Below, piece by piece: positions 20,513-30,957 of a stretch of DNA of 64,000 nt. Under the pieces are notes generated by a model. That model searched no databases, had not been told where the DNA came from, and saw only the letters and a program-made list of their open reading frames with translations. Position 1 is the stretch's first letter, and the number at the start of each line of letters is the position of its first letter. Position numbers and translations under genes: made by a program. This DNA comes from Candidatus Thorarchaeota archaeon (GTDB taxonomy: Archaea; Asgardarchaeota; Thorarchaeia; Thorarchaeales; Thorarchaeaceae): contig JBHLQH010000005.1 in the NCBI GenBank assembly GCA_048884965.1, positions 64,001 to 128,000 on the forward strand, written 5' to 3'.

Positions 20513-21874
20513 TTATGTTTCAGGTGCTTTGGGAATGAAGCCCTTCTCATAGAGAATCTCTGAAGACTTACGAGCAGTTCGGATGACATGCTCCGCATGT
20601 TCATAGAGTTTCTTCTCTTCCCAGTGAACTCGAGCGATACCCTGTTCTATTGCTTTCATACCAACTGCAGTTGCTTCGGCTGGATAGAGTTCCCATTGGT
20701 CCATGGTTGGAATGACCTTCTTATCGCTGGCTTCCTTTGCACCAAGATCTGCCAGAGCTTGAGCCGCAGCGACGCACATCTCATCAGTGATAGTGTGTGC
20801 CCGTACATCCAAGGTACCACGGAATATACCTGGAAATCCGAGAGAGTTGTTGATCTGGTTGTCGAAATCGCTTCGACCTGTACCAACAATCCTGGCACCT
20901 GCGTCAATTGCGTCCCAGGGCCATATCTCAGGTAATGGATTCGCGCATGCGTACACAATGGAATCAGTAGCCATCTTTGAGACCCATTCCTTCTTGATAC
21001 TTCCAGGCACTGGTCGTGATGCGGAAATCAGTACGTCCATTCCATCGATAACCTCTCCAAGGTCTCCGGTCATCCTGTCTGGATTCGTCTTTTGTGCTAG
21101 ATCATACTTGAAAGTGTCATAGTCCTTCTCTGCAATGATGTCCTCACGGTCTTTGTAGATTGCTCCCTTGCTATCAACCATTACGACGTTCTTGAGATTG
21201 ACTCCAGCAGCATCTAGGAGATATGCCGTCCGAGTATTTGCGGCGCCTACACCAAGCAGGGCAACGCGAATATTCTCAATATCTTTCTTTACAACATTGA
21301 GACCACCAAGCACACCTGCCAATACAACGGTAGCTGTACCCTGTGCATCGTCGTGCCAGACCGGGATCTTCACCTCAGGATCCTTTCGGAGTTCTTCTAG
21401 AACCTTGTAACACTTCGGTTTTGAGATATCCTCCAAGTTAATACCACCAAAGGTAGGCTGCAGTAACTTAACGGTTCGGATGATCTCATCTGCATCTTTC
21501 GTGTCCAAGCAAATTGGCCACGCGTCAACACCACCGAGATATTTGAACAGGATCGCCTTACCTTCCATAACAGGTCCTGCTGCATATGGTCCGATATCAC
21601 CGAGTCCTAGGACTCGAGTGCCATCGCTAACGACAGCGACCATATTTCCTCTGTTCAGCATATCATAGGAGGCTTCTTCATTCTCTTTGATTGCTAAGCA
21701 CGCCTTAGCAACACCTGGTGTGTACCAGATTGCGAAGTCATCGAAGCTGCGTACTGGCGCTTTTCCAATAGACATGATCTTACCCTTATAGAATGGGTGG
21801 AGAATCATGGCGTCTTTCCCAGGCTTCTCTGCCTTCTTCTTCAGTTCTTCAACTGTCTTGTCATCAGAAGTCAC
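20513..21874 (-). CDS. mae: NAD(P)-dependent malic enzyme
   Basis: YTPGVA, VAVVSDGTRVLGLGDIG, PVMEGKA, GGINLEDI, HDDAQGT, GVGAA, ANPLPEI, TGRSDFDNQINNSLGFPGIFRG. Confidence 0.95.
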   Translation of the reverse strand: MTSDDKTVEELKKKAEKPGKDAMILHPFYKGKIMSIGKAPVRSFDDFAIWYTPGVAKACLAIKENEEASYDMLNRGNMVAVVSDGTRVLGLGDIGPYAAGPVMEGKAILFKYLGGVDAWPICLDTKDADEIIRTVKLLQPTFGGINLEDISKPKCYKVLEELRKDPEVKIPVWHDDAQGTATVVLAGVLGGLNVVKKDIENIRVALLGVGAANTRTAYLLDAAGVNLKNVVMVDSKGAIYKDREDIIAEKDYDTFKYDLAQKTNPDRMTGDLGEVIDGMDVLISASRPVPGSIKKEWVSKMATDSIVYACANPLPEIWPWDAIDAGARIVGTGRSDFDNQINNSLGFPGIFRGTLDVRAHTITDEMCVAAAQALADLGAKEASDKKVIPTMDQWELYPAEATAVGMKAIEQGIARVHWEEKKLYEHAEHVIRTARKSSEILYEKGFIPKAPET

Positions 21875-22112
21875 TATTGTTGCCCCTACTTCTTTGTACT
21901 AGCCGGCTGCAATGAGCCAGACGAATTCGAGCTGGACAGGAGCCTGTATTAAAGAGTATCCATTGTGATACATGGCTGAGAATCAAAGTGCTTACATATC
22001 TTTAATCAGATGTTATATTGCCTACATTTTGTAATCATTTGAAATGGATTGGTTCAGATTCTTCACTTCAAGATTTCTGCGTTTGGTTTGATGAATTCGA
22101 TGTATGATGACT

Positions 22113-22592
22113 TCAAAGCTGTAGTTTCCAATACTTGAGCACCTGCTGAGCATGCCGGCTGCTCCTTACTTTCTCTCTGCCTTCACTACCTCCAAAGATG
22201 GCTTCGATATTCCCATTTCCATCGATCAAGAAAGTAACTCTCTGAACTCCTAGAATCTCCTTCCCAAAGATCCGAAGAGGTTTATACACACCGTATAGTT
22301 TTGCTATGGACTTGTCTCTATCCACAAGAAGGGGGAAGTTGATCATGTTCTTCTCCTTGAATTTCCTATGTGATTTCATCGACCCTCCTGAGATGCCAAC
22401 CACCGGGATTCCTGCATCTTCAAACACATGGAAGCTATCCCTAAACGAACACGCCTCGCGGGTGCAATTCACAGAATCGTCTTTAGGATAGAAATAGACA
22501 ACAATTCTCTTTCCTCTATGATCGACCAAACGAAACGGATTTCCCGATTCGTCAATTGTCTCAAATTCAGGAGCCTTGTCGCCTACCCTCAT
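22113..22592 (-). CDS. bcp: Peroxiredoxin, BCP/PrxQ type (copy 3)
   Basis: YFYPKDDSVNCTREACSFRD and RVTFLID. Confidence 0.9.
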   Translation of the reverse strand: MRVGDKAPEFETIDESGNPFRLVDHRGKRIVVYFYPKDDSVNCTREACSFRDSFHVFEDAGIPVVGISGGSMKSHRKFKEKNMINFPLLVDRDKSIAKLYGVYKPLRIFGKEILGVQRVTFLIDGNGNIEAIFGGSEGREKVRSSRHAQQVLKYWKLQL

Positions 22593-22608
22593 CTCGAACC
22601 CAGCTACG

Positions 22609-23085
22609 TTACAGCTTTAGTCCCCAGAATTGAGCGATTTGTGATGCATGCTGGCTGGATTTCACCTTGTCTATTCCTTCTGATCCGCCAAAGATCGCCT
22701 CGATTTTTCCTTCCTCGTCAATAAGATATGTAATCCTTTTCACACCTATACCAAGCAAGCTCAACTTACTCTTTGCATCGTACAGGTCAGCTATCTTCAG
22801 ATCTTCATCCATCAGAATCGCGAATGGTAGATTATGTTTATTTCTGAAGTTTTGATGCAACTCAGCTGAGCCGCCTGAAATTCCATAGATAGGAATCCCT
22901 GAATTCTCAAAAAGCTGGTAATCGTCCCGCAGTGAACATGCTTCTTGTGTACATCCTGGTGTGAAATCACGAGGATAGAAGTAGAGAACAACTTTCTTTC
23001 CACGCTGTGTACTTAATTTGAAAGCATTCCCAGCTTCATCAGTAGTTACAAAATCGGGTGCAACATCACCAACAGCTAATACCAC
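22609..23085 (-). CDS. bcp: Peroxiredoxin, BCP/PrxQ type (copy 2)
   Basis: YFYPRDFTPGCTQEACSLRD and RITYLID. Confidence 0.92.
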   Translation of the reverse strand: MVLAVGDVAPDFVTTDEAGNAFKLSTQRGKKVVLYFYPRDFTPGCTQEACSLRDDYQLFENSGIPIYGISGGSAELHQNFRNKHNLPFAILMDEDLKIADLYDAKSKLSLLGIGVKRITYLIDEEGKIEAIFGGSEGIDKVKSSQHASQIAQFWGLKL

Positions 23086-23098
23086 TTCAATTTCACCT

Positions 23099-23581
23099 CT
23101 ATAGTTTCAATCCCCAGAATTTGATTACTTGATCAGCATGCTCTTTGGTATTGACTTTCTCAATACCTTCTGGACCGCCAAAGACGCCTTCTATATTGCC
23201 TTTCTCGTCGATAAGGAATGTCGTACGTTCAATGCCCATGTATTCCTTTCCGTACATCTGTTTCTTCACGTAGACACCATAGAGTTTTGCTATCTCAAAT
23301 TCCTCGTCCATCAGGAGTGGGAATGGAAGGTCATACTTATTCTTGAAGTTCTGGTGGCTTTTCGCATTTCCACCGGAGATCCCATATACTGGGATGTCAC
23401 TTTTCTTGAATGCACTCCATGCATCTCGTATCGAACATGCCTCAGCTGTGCATCCACTTGTATTATCCTTTGGATAGAAGTATATCATCACTTTCTGTCC
23501 TTTTAGCTTACTTAATTTGAATGGATTTCCAGACTCGTCGATAGTGTCAAAATTTGGTGCTTTATCTCCCTGCTTTAACAT
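23099..23581 (-). CDS. bcp: Peroxiredoxin, BCP/PrxQ type (copy 1)
   Basis: YFYPKDNTSGCTAEACSIRD and KQMYGKEYMGIERTTFLID. Confidence 0.93.
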   Translation of the reverse strand: MLKQGDKAPNFDTIDESGNPFKLSKLKGQKVMIYFYPKDNTSGCTAEACSIRDAWSAFKKSDIPVYGISGGNAKSHQNFKNKYDLPFPLLMDEEFEIAKLYGVYVKKQMYGKEYMGIERTTFLIDEKGNIEGVFGGPEGIEKVNTKEHADQVIKFWGLKL

Positions 23582-23711
23582 CTTATCACCTTACAATTCA
23601 CAATAGTTAAATATAATATCTATTCTTTGGATTTAAGCATTGTGTCATATGACGAATCTACCGACAAGGCTTAAAGTGGCACAAGCTGTCAGACAGATAT
23701 TGGGCGGTGGA

Positions 23712-24713
23712 ATGATGGAAGGACCAATATACTTTGAATCTATGAAACGTTTCTATATTTCATTGTTAGCACTAATTCTTATCGTTCAGATAATTGGATT
23801 TAGCCTAGGATCCTTGTATGATTTCTCTTCATTTAACTTGATAGTGCTACTAGGAATATCCGTTGCAGTTCCTGTTCTTCTCTCTTTCATCGGATTCTAT
23901 GTAAGCTGGAAGCTAAAGAAGACGAATATCAGGTATGAACCAATAGTATGGAATTATCAGCCGGTCCAGCTCAAACTTGATGAAGTGAAGAAACTCACAT
24001 CCCAATACCGAAAGAAGTATGCACGTTTGGTCGCGGTTCCGTACATATGGTACTACTATCTGCCAATCTTCTTGACTATCCTTGTATTCACAATACCTCT
24101 CTATACCTACTTCATCGCCCCTTCTTTGACCCAATGGAATTTTCCTCTCTATGTCCTCATCTTGAACCTAATCTTTGGACTTTCTTTCTGGGGCGGTTGG
24201 AGGTCAACTTCAACTGAAGCATCAAAGGATTTTACATTGCCACTTATCAGAGAGTCCTTGAAACTTGCACGAACACAAAGCAAAGTCAATGGTATTTCGC
24301 ACATTCGAGTTGTTATGGATAAAGCAGAGCAGGAAGGGTATGAGATTTACAGAAATCCAAGAGTCGTAGCACGTATCGAGGGGATTGAGAACGAGTCGTA
24401 CTTGGAATCTTGGACAGAAGAATTCGGTTCCATCGATAAGATAATGGTCCGGATTCTAGCAGGCAACGCAAAGCCTGAGATTGTTTGGTGGTGGCAGAAT
24501 CGAGATAGATGGTTCAGGAAATATATCGGCGATTCTGAAGATAGCTATTATGTCAAGAATCCTGTCCCTTCAAGAGTACAGGAGCTAGGTGTGAAGGATG
24601 TCAAGCTAGTGACTGAGAATGGTGTCGCAATATTGATTCTGGAGTGGCAAAAAGAAAGAGATCCGAACAAACGCCTTCAGGAGATACTAGATGTCCTACA
24701 GATTCCTCATTAG
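23712..24713 (+). CDS. Uncharacterised 4-TM membrane protein with a C-terminal soluble domain (paralogue A)
   Basis: Two TM hairpins separated by a W..K/Y-rich linker. The start is uncertain (23640 or 23712). Confidence 0.7.
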   Translation: MMEGPIYFESMKRFYISLLALILIVQIIGFSLGSLYDFSSFNLIVLLGISVAVPVLLSFIGFYVSWKLKKTNIRYEPIVWNYQPVQLKLDEVKKLTSQYRKKYARLVAVPYIWYYYLPIFLTILVFTIPLYTYFIAPSLTQWNFPLYVLILNLIFGLSFWGGWRSTSTEASKDFTLPLIRESLKLARTQSKVNGISHIRVVMDKAEQEGYEIYRNPRVVARIEGIENESYLESWTEEFGSIDKIMVRILAGNAKPEIVWWWQNRDRWFRKYIGDSEDSYYVKNPVPSRVQELGVKDVKLVTENGVAILILEWQKERDPNKRLQEILDVLQIPH

Positions 24714-24763
24714 GATTTCGAAACAGCAATAACCAATCGATTAGAATGATGCGATGAAAGCTT

Positions 24764-25678
24764 ATGACAGAGCCTATTGAGCATGACTATGCTCCTTCTT
24801 GGTATTATTATGGACTGATATTCTTGACTATTATTATCTGGACGATTCTTTCAGTCGAGATTATCAATTTGCTGTTTGGGCTCATTGTTTCTGATAGTAT
24901 AGTCTGGCTCATGCTTTCCAGTATGCTGATATTTTCCTACTCGATCCCAATTGCAATTCTTATCTGGCGGATGAAGATGTCCATTGAGCTTTTGGAGCCC
25001 GAATGGGAATATAAGGAAAGATTCGTTACATTCAATGAGTTCCGCAACATGTGTATGGAATACAAGAAGAAATATGCCTTCTTCACCTCCAGAATTGACT
25101 ATCGCGGTATCTTTTCTGTAAGTGTTGTAATTGTTCTCGCTCTCTTCATCCCCCTTCTCTTAACCTATCTTGGTGCAATACTACTTGCACTTCTGCCACA
25201 AGTATTTGGGGCATTCATGATCATTCTTGGGATATTGTATGCAAGCATCCTCTATGCTGGATTGCCCAGTCCTTTATATGAAGAGTTTCCAATTCTATCA
25301 CCTACTTATTTCGGAAAGGCTCTTAGCTCTATCTATGAAATACCTGCCCTTTCATGGATTGGAATCAGGTTGAGAATTGGAGAATGGCATGGATACTATA
25401 CTCTACGTGAACCAGTAATCGCTGCGAAGATTGAGAATCTGGAAAGTGCAACTACTGTTCTCTTCTATGTCGATTCTCGTGGAATTGTTGAGTCGGTTCA
25501 ATTTAGCAATGAGTCCAGCAGAAATGATTTCCCGAAGGATATGAGAAAGTCGTATCCAAGCTCCTTTGATATTGTTGAATTGCTTCGAGGATTTGTTCTC
25601 TGGTATGCTAACGCATTGGATGACAAGGAACTTCTAGATGAAACCCTTGACGAGCTTGGTATAGATTCCTCAGGTTAA
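24764..25678 (+). CDS. Uncharacterised 4-TM membrane protein (paralogue B)
   Basis: Same layout as its neighbours, with the linker EPEWEYKERFVTFNEF...YKKKYA. Confidence 0.7.
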   Translation: MTEPIEHDYAPSWYYYGLIFLTIIIWTILSVEIINLLFGLIVSDSIVWLMLSSMLIFSYSIPIAILIWRMKMSIELLEPEWEYKERFVTFNEFRNMCMEYKKKYAFFTSRIDYRGIFSVSVVIVLALFIPLLLTYLGAILLALLPQVFGAFMIILGILYASILYAGLPSPLYEEFPILSPTYFGKALSSIYEIPALSWIGIRLRIGEWHGYYTLREPVIAAKIENLESATTVLFYVDSRGIVESVQFSNESSRNDFPKDMRKSYPSSFDIVELLRGFVLWYANALDDKELLDETLDELGIDSSG

Positions 25679-25750
25679 TCCAAGGTACCAAACTACAAAG
25701 CCAATCGATGAGCTTATACACTTGAACTGCTACCATTTCCATGTGGCAGG

Positions 25751-26731
25751 GTGAGCCAATTGACAGAAGATAGTGTGATCTCATATAGCCGTCAGAAAAC
25801 AGTCAATCGCGTCTTCATAGTTTTTGTATTGGGTTTCATTGTCGTATCATTATGGTTGACAAATTCATTTGACGATGCATTCGAAATCGTAATCTTCTCA
25901 TACATAATCATCCCCATTATCCTGATTCTCATATCGGCTGTCTTTGGAGGTCTCTCAAAACGCGCAATCGATTATACGCCCGGAGAGTGGAAGAAAGAGA
26001 AGATTTGGGTCACTCCTGATGCCTATACAGAAATGGCTGAAAAGAATAAGGATGCATTTGGACATCTTTATGCAGATGAAGGCGGCGTGACCGGTTGCCT
26101 TTGTTCTTGTATCATCATCCCCATCTTTGGAATCTTACTAATTGTGTTTCAACTTCTTGCTCAACCTTTGTTCAACCAGCTAATCGATTCCCTCCTTTTC
26201 GTTGGACTTCTCGACATCCTGAGCGCAACCTTGGGCTTTCTTTGGGGTTTTAAGATTCCTAAGATAGATCCAGATGTTTTCTTCAAACCTCCAGCTGAAT
26301 CTGATGTCATAGAGTTCCTTGATGCTTTGAGAACTATCCCTGAGGTTCAGGCAGGTCTTAATCTCACAATTGGCAAAAGGGGGTCTATAAAGACAATTCT
26401 GGAAGTTAAACCTAAGATACAGATCCAAGGATTACCAGATACTGCATCATTAGAGGTCCAAGTATCTCACTCAGGATTCGCATACCCATATCTAGTGGGA
26501 ACAATCTACAAAGGTCCAGTCGTCAAAGACCATGAAGATACCTACTCGATAGGAACCAGATACCCCGCCATCATTGAGCAATCGATGGATGATAACGTAA
26601 CAGTCTATGTAGCTCGATTCAACATTCCTAAAAAAACGAGTAGTGTCCCAAGTATATCAAAGAGTGATTTCAGGAAGCTTGCAAGTCTCATAGCAACGAA
26701 AATGCAGGAAGATAGTAAATCGCTATCGTAA
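25751..26731 (+). CDS. Uncharacterised 4-TM membrane protein (paralogue C)
   Basis: Same layout, with the linker YTPGEWKKEKIWVTPDAY. Confidence 0.7.
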   Translation: MSQLTEDSVISYSRQKTVNRVFIVFVLGFIVVSLWLTNSFDDAFEIVIFSYIIIPIILILISAVFGGLSKRAIDYTPGEWKKEKIWVTPDAYTEMAEKNKDAFGHLYADEGGVTGCLCSCIIIPIFGILLIVFQLLAQPLFNQLIDSLLFVGLLDILSATLGFLWGFKIPKIDPDVFFKPPAESDVIEFLDALRTIPEVQAGLNLTIGKRGSIKTILEVKPKIQIQGLPDTASLEVQVSHSGFAYPYLVGTIYKGPVVKDHEDTYSIGTRYPAIIEQSMDDNVTVYVARFNIPKKTSSVPSISKSDFRKLASLIATKMQEDSKSLS

Positions 26732-26796
26732 CAGGCATCTTTAATTGGGGTTGTGTTTGGGTCGTATCTATAATCACTGATTAGGATTGATTCTCG

Positions 26797-27102
26797 ATGG
26801 CCAATCAGAACTGGACGAACAAATGGATTCTCATGTACATGGCTGGTTTGATTATTCAAGCAATCATTTACACTGTTATTGCCTTTACTAAACCTGCTGA
26901 CTTTGCGAGCCATCTCTATTTCTTTGATGTAGCTATTATCGCCTTTGGTTCTATCATATTCCAAGCAATTGGCTTTGGGATAATCATGAAGAAGACAAAG
27001 GATGATGACCCCGCAATCTATGGACAGGGCCGTCCTTTCAAACACAAGCTACGTGAAGAGGACCAGGAAGAGGCAACAAGAAAACCAACCCATGCTAACT
27101 AA
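26797..27102 (+). CDS. Small 2-TM membrane protein
   Basis: Two hydrophobic segments and a charged tail. Confidence 0.65.
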   Translation: MANQNWTNKWILMYMAGLIIQAIIYTVIAFTKPADFASHLYFFDVAIIAFGSIIFQAIGFGIIMKKTKDDDPAIYGQGRPFKHKLREEDQEEATRKPTHAN

Positions 27103-27128
27103 TGCTAGCACAGGGTGGTTTCACATTT

Positions 27129-27983
27129 TTACCAAGTGATTCCCGGGAAGATTCGTGGTGGCATAATCGTAGGAATTGATCCTGGGAACCATAGATTCAG
27201 TAGTGGTAGATAGGGTGCTAGTAAAAGGGCAACTACTACCAAGATGGCAAAGGTCAGCGTGTGAACTGCATTCACATAGGTGTAGTATGGTCTTATGTAG
27301 CCATAGAATGCAAATGCTGGAATGGACAACGCAGCCATAGCAAGTATCTCTACTGGTGAGAAGAAGAATGGAATGGTAATTGGCCATAGGAAGTAGAATA
27401 TCCAAGTTATCTTCTCACTCGCGGTTTCGTGATGAGCTATCTTATGAATTCCATCTACTCCTTGGCTGAGGAAGAAGACGGGTATCAGCAACCACCACTG
27501 AAGGCCAACAAAGAACATTGCACCTGCGTAGAAGAGAAGATCCCCAACACTCTCGATTCTTTCCCAGAAGGGATTTCTGCTAATGTACTCGGTAGCTTCT
27601 GTCATGTAATATCCTATCATCTGCATCAATACTAGCCACGGGAGGAATATGAAGGAAATGACTATCATGATTACAGCAGCTTTGGGAAGATTGGGAATCT
27701 TACCCTCATGATAGTTGTCAAGGGGATAGATACCATGTAAGGTAAACGCTGTTAGAAACGCCAATATTCCACTTGGAATGAAGAAGAGTGGCTGAATTAT
27801 GTAAACTAGTGGTCCAAGAAAATCAAGATACATCATGTAGACGTTAGAAGACAAAGAATCTGGCAGCATATACCACACGCCAAATACAACAAGAAGTTCG
27901 GGAACTAACATCTTAAAACGATAATCTTGGATGAATTTCATGATTGGACCTGGTTCTTTACTTTCTTTCTCCACGATGTTCAC
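27129..27983 (-). CDS. Multi-pass membrane protein, unknown function
   Basis: About 7 hydrophobic segments. Confidence 0.7.
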   Translation of the reverse strand: MNIVEKESKEPGPIMKFIQDYRFKMLVPELLVVFGVWYMLPDSLSSNVYMMYLDFLGPLVYIIQPLFFIPSGILAFLTAFTLHGIYPLDNYHEGKIPNLPKAAVIMIVISFIFLPWLVLMQMIGYYMTEATEYISRNPFWERIESVGDLLFYAGAMFFVGLQWWLLIPVFFLSQGVDGIHKIAHHETASEKITWIFYFLWPITIPFFFSPVEILAMAALSIPAFAFYGYIRPYYTYVNAVHTLTFAILVVVALLLAPYLPLLNLWFPGSIPTIMPPRIFPGITW

Positions 27984-28069
27984 CAGCCATTTCTAACACG
28001 CGCCGACTCTATACCTCCACTTAAGGATATCCGTATAATATCCAAAGGTGTCGAAAGAGAGAGTTGCTT

Positions 28070-29104
28070 TCAACGAAATCCCATGTAGATTTTATCTACA
28101 ATCTCGGGGTATTTCCGACTATTCTGGTGAATCTCGCGTGAGAGCGCGGGGCTCGCTCCTGACAGTCCGCACTGGGTAGAAACCATGGTATTGCTTTCAA
28201 GGAGATCAATGCTAATTCCGGACTTGATCATAAGCGAAATTGATCTTTGCAAAGCTTTCTCAAAATAGGATAGAACTGGCTCAGAATAGGCACTATCCAC
28301 ATTTGGTATGACTCCCAAAGCTATTGCTCCCCCTGATTGAAGAAACGAATTAACCAACTCTGCTTGGTTTGCTTCCAGCTCGGGAGGGTATGCTATCATA
28401 TCAAGGTGTGCAATCTTCGGTTTACTTTGCCATATCAAATGATACCCATTCTCAGCTAAAACTCTCCAATCATAGCAATAATGGTATGCTGGAATCACGT
28501 TCTTTGGATATATCTCATCGGTTGTCTTCATAATGAATCGTGCTGATAACCCAGAAACATTACCAACCTCAATGGCTTCTGTTATGAATCCGAATGAGGG
28601 ATCATCTTGACAGATAATCAGATTCTCAACCGTCCTCTCTAGGAATGAAACATAACCTGTAGCGACTCTTGCCATGAGGCGACTGAAGAACCTAAACATT
28701 TGGGGTGTGAGATGCTGTCGTCCATCCTCTCCCCTGATACTGAAGCACATTGTTGCAGGAGCTGTTAATTGGGTTTTTAGATATCGGAATGACCCTTTCT
28801 TCAGTAATTCATGGAGTGACGAGAAATACTTCTGATTTGGAATTATTCCAGCATCTTCATCTATTACACCTTGAAAATCATCATACCCGACATCATAGAT
28901 GAAAGTTCCTTTGTCCTCAAACCCCTCAAGGCTAGCACCAAATTGACGAATCATATCTTCCTCAGGCTTCATTGATTTCTGATATGCATAGGGTAACTTC
29001 AAATCGAGAACGTAGTCGAGTGCTTCATTCTCCTCATCCTCTTTGATACTACCTACGCCAAGGAATTGACCTTGCAGTTCGGGAGGTAGGATTGACTTTG
29101 TCAT
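28070..29104 (-). CDS. Cobalamin-independent methionine synthase (MetE C-terminal/URO-D fold)-like protein
   Basis: KTQLTAPAT, QDDP, HYC and STQCGL resemble the KxQVTGP, QxDEP, HxC and PxCGL motifs. The start is placed at MTKSIL. Confidence 0.6.
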   Translation of the reverse strand: MTKSILPPELQGQFLGVGSIKEDEENEALDYVLDLKLPYAYQKSMKPEEDMIRQFGASLEGFEDKGTFIYDVGYDDFQGVIDEDAGIIPNQKYFSSLHELLKKGSFRYLKTQLTAPATMCFSIRGEDGRQHLTPQMFRFFSRLMARVATGYVSFLERTVENLIICQDDPSFGFITEAIEVGNVSGLSARFIMKTTDEIYPKNVIPAYHYCYDWRVLAENGYHLIWQSKPKIAHLDMIAYPPELEANQAELVNSFLQSGGAIALGVIPNVDSAYSEPVLSYFEKALQRSISLMIKSGISIDLLESNTMVSTQCGLSGASPALSREIHQNSRKYPEIVDKIYMGFR

Positions 29105-29105
29105 A

Positions 29106-30824
29106 CTACTCGCCTCTAGTAGCTCCAGTCTTGCGCTTAATGACTCGATTACATGACTGGATTGCTGGACATCCAAGACAATCATCCGGGACATCTGCCG
29201 CTGGTTGATCCCCATACAAAAGGACCTGTTCGGATACGAGAGTACCCGCTGATGGCTCTTGTTCCTCCTCTTTGGCTCCCGTACGGGTCACATGACATTT
29301 ATGCTTGCTCATCTCTTCCATGAACTCGTCCATTTCGCCCCTTACTATCACTGCGGTAGGTCCAACTCGCCTGACAATGTACTTATTGAAGTCAGGTAGC
29401 AATAGCAGGTCCTCTAGATCTTTCTCGGAGTCTGTTTCGAAGAGCGTAACATCTGAAAGGGATGCGAATGTTGTCTGAGATGTCCAATCCTCTATTGACC
29501 TGATGACATTGGCTGGGATTGGCTTCGAGCTCTCTCTCTCTAAGAATCCCAAGATGTCATTCTCGCGGAATCCTAGCTCTATGGCATGAAAGATAGAACC
29601 CTCGGTTATCCTGAATGTACTTACTACATCTGTTCTTACAGGTTCAGTGAGAAGCATAAGTCGATATAGGAGATAGTAATCCATCTCGGTCGTGAAAACA
29701 GTTACTTCAAAATTTGGCTGGACTATGAAAGTTTCTTGTCCGGATATTTCCTCCCTAGGGAGACCTGCGATTACAGCTCCACCGATATCTGTGAGCCGTA
29801 CTGCCAGAAGAGTTTTCCCTTTGTAGGCTCCCTCAACTAGACCAAGGAGTATAGGTGTCTCCAATGCAATGCTAACACGTTCATCTGTAATCTGAATCCA
29901 CTTCAATGGTTGTCCATCAATGAAGAGCTCACTTCTGATCCAATCTCGCATCTCTGAAACGCTTATCCAATCCTCTGTGTTTGCTTCACGTAGTCTACAG
30001 ATGACCAAGTTTAGAGTATATTCAGTTGGCTGGTCTGGAGTAGCCCAGATTGCGCGGGTTCTGCCAACGGCAGAAAGAAGTATCTTTGTGGAAACCTTGT
30101 CCTGTTTTCCCTCGAATAGATGCTTGACCCTACCTGGAGTCACTCTATCCTTGTCCACGATGTCATATGCTCCAGCTTTTCTTGCCATTTTTTGAACAAG
30201 ATCGAATCTTTCGTCAGTACTCTGGGACATCCCTTCCTTAATGTGATCAATCTCTCTTTTTGGGAATTCCCATGAGCTCGTCATCTTCACTTCATGTTTT
30301 GCCAAATATGAGGTCAAAATCAAGGTGTCCATTAGTATAGTGTCTCGTTCATTTACAAGATTCCGTGCCTTCTTTGGCTTTTCTTTGGTCATTTCGGGCT
30401 TTACGGAGAAATGCGTCTTTAGGTGCGGAACAAAGAACTCTAATATCTTGAATTCCGCAACTTCCCTTCCGAATTCAGTAAGCCTTGACATCATTCGACG
30501 AATAATGATACCTTTCTTTCTGAGGTCCCTTTCTGTTTGATTCAATTGTCCGTAGCTATAGATTTTCCTAAATGGTTTTAGGCGATCGTAACTCATGGCT
30601 CCCCCGCTTAAAGCTAGTAGTCCGAGGAGGTCCTTCTCTTGATCTGTAAATGATGCAAACATCTGATCACGAGCCTCCTTCTGCTTCATCTTCTTAGCTA
30701 GTAATTCTGTGAGCTGAGTGCCTGAGGAACTACCGCTCACATCGATACCCCAATACTGGCATGCAACGACAAGGTCTTCTCTAAACATGTGTTCCAGTTC
30801 TTTTTCCAGGGTTTCTTTCGCCAT
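29106..30824 (-). CDS. Helicase-associated domain protein (XPB N-terminal/Helicase_C_3 'clutch' fold), p52/Tfb2-like
   Basis: FIVQPNFEVTVF...FRITEGSIFHAIELG...ILGFLERESSKPIPANVIRSIEDW, with no ATPase motifs. The C-terminus has CLGCPAIQSC. Confidence 0.75.
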   Translation of the reverse strand: MAKETLEKELEHMFREDLVVACQYWGIDVSGSSSGTQLTELLAKKMKQKEARDQMFASFTDQEKDLLGLLALSGGAMSYDRLKPFRKIYSYGQLNQTERDLRKKGIIIRRMMSRLTEFGREVAEFKILEFFVPHLKTHFSVKPEMTKEKPKKARNLVNERDTILMDTLILTSYLAKHEVKMTSSWEFPKREIDHIKEGMSQSTDERFDLVQKMARKAGAYDIVDKDRVTPGRVKHLFEGKQDKVSTKILLSAVGRTRAIWATPDQPTEYTLNLVICRLREANTEDWISVSEMRDWIRSELFIDGQPLKWIQITDERVSIALETPILLGLVEGAYKGKTLLAVRLTDIGGAVIAGLPREEISGQETFIVQPNFEVTVFTTEMDYYLLYRLMLLTEPVRTDVVSTFRITEGSIFHAIELGFRENDILGFLERESSKPIPANVIRSIEDWTSQTTFASLSDVTLFETDSEKDLEDLLLLPDFNKYIVRRVGPTAVIVRGEMDEFMEEMSKHKCHVTRTGAKEEEQEPSAGTLVSEQVLLYGDQPAADVPDDCLGCPAIQSCNRVIKRKTGATRGE

Positions 30825-30957
30825 TATCAGACCTCAAATCGAAAATTTGCAAACAAGCGCCGAGCTTTATTGTATATTTTACCATTTTGGTTTAGGTCGT
30901 AGTAATTAGCTCTTCAGCCTGATAAAGGAAGAGTCAACCTTATTTTGTGATGATTTC

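Noticed and set aside
22113-23581. Selenocysteine (UGA) recoding in the peroxiredoxins or other redox genes
   Set aside because: All catalytic positions are Cys codons and the ORFs are full length. I recognised no SECIS-like element.
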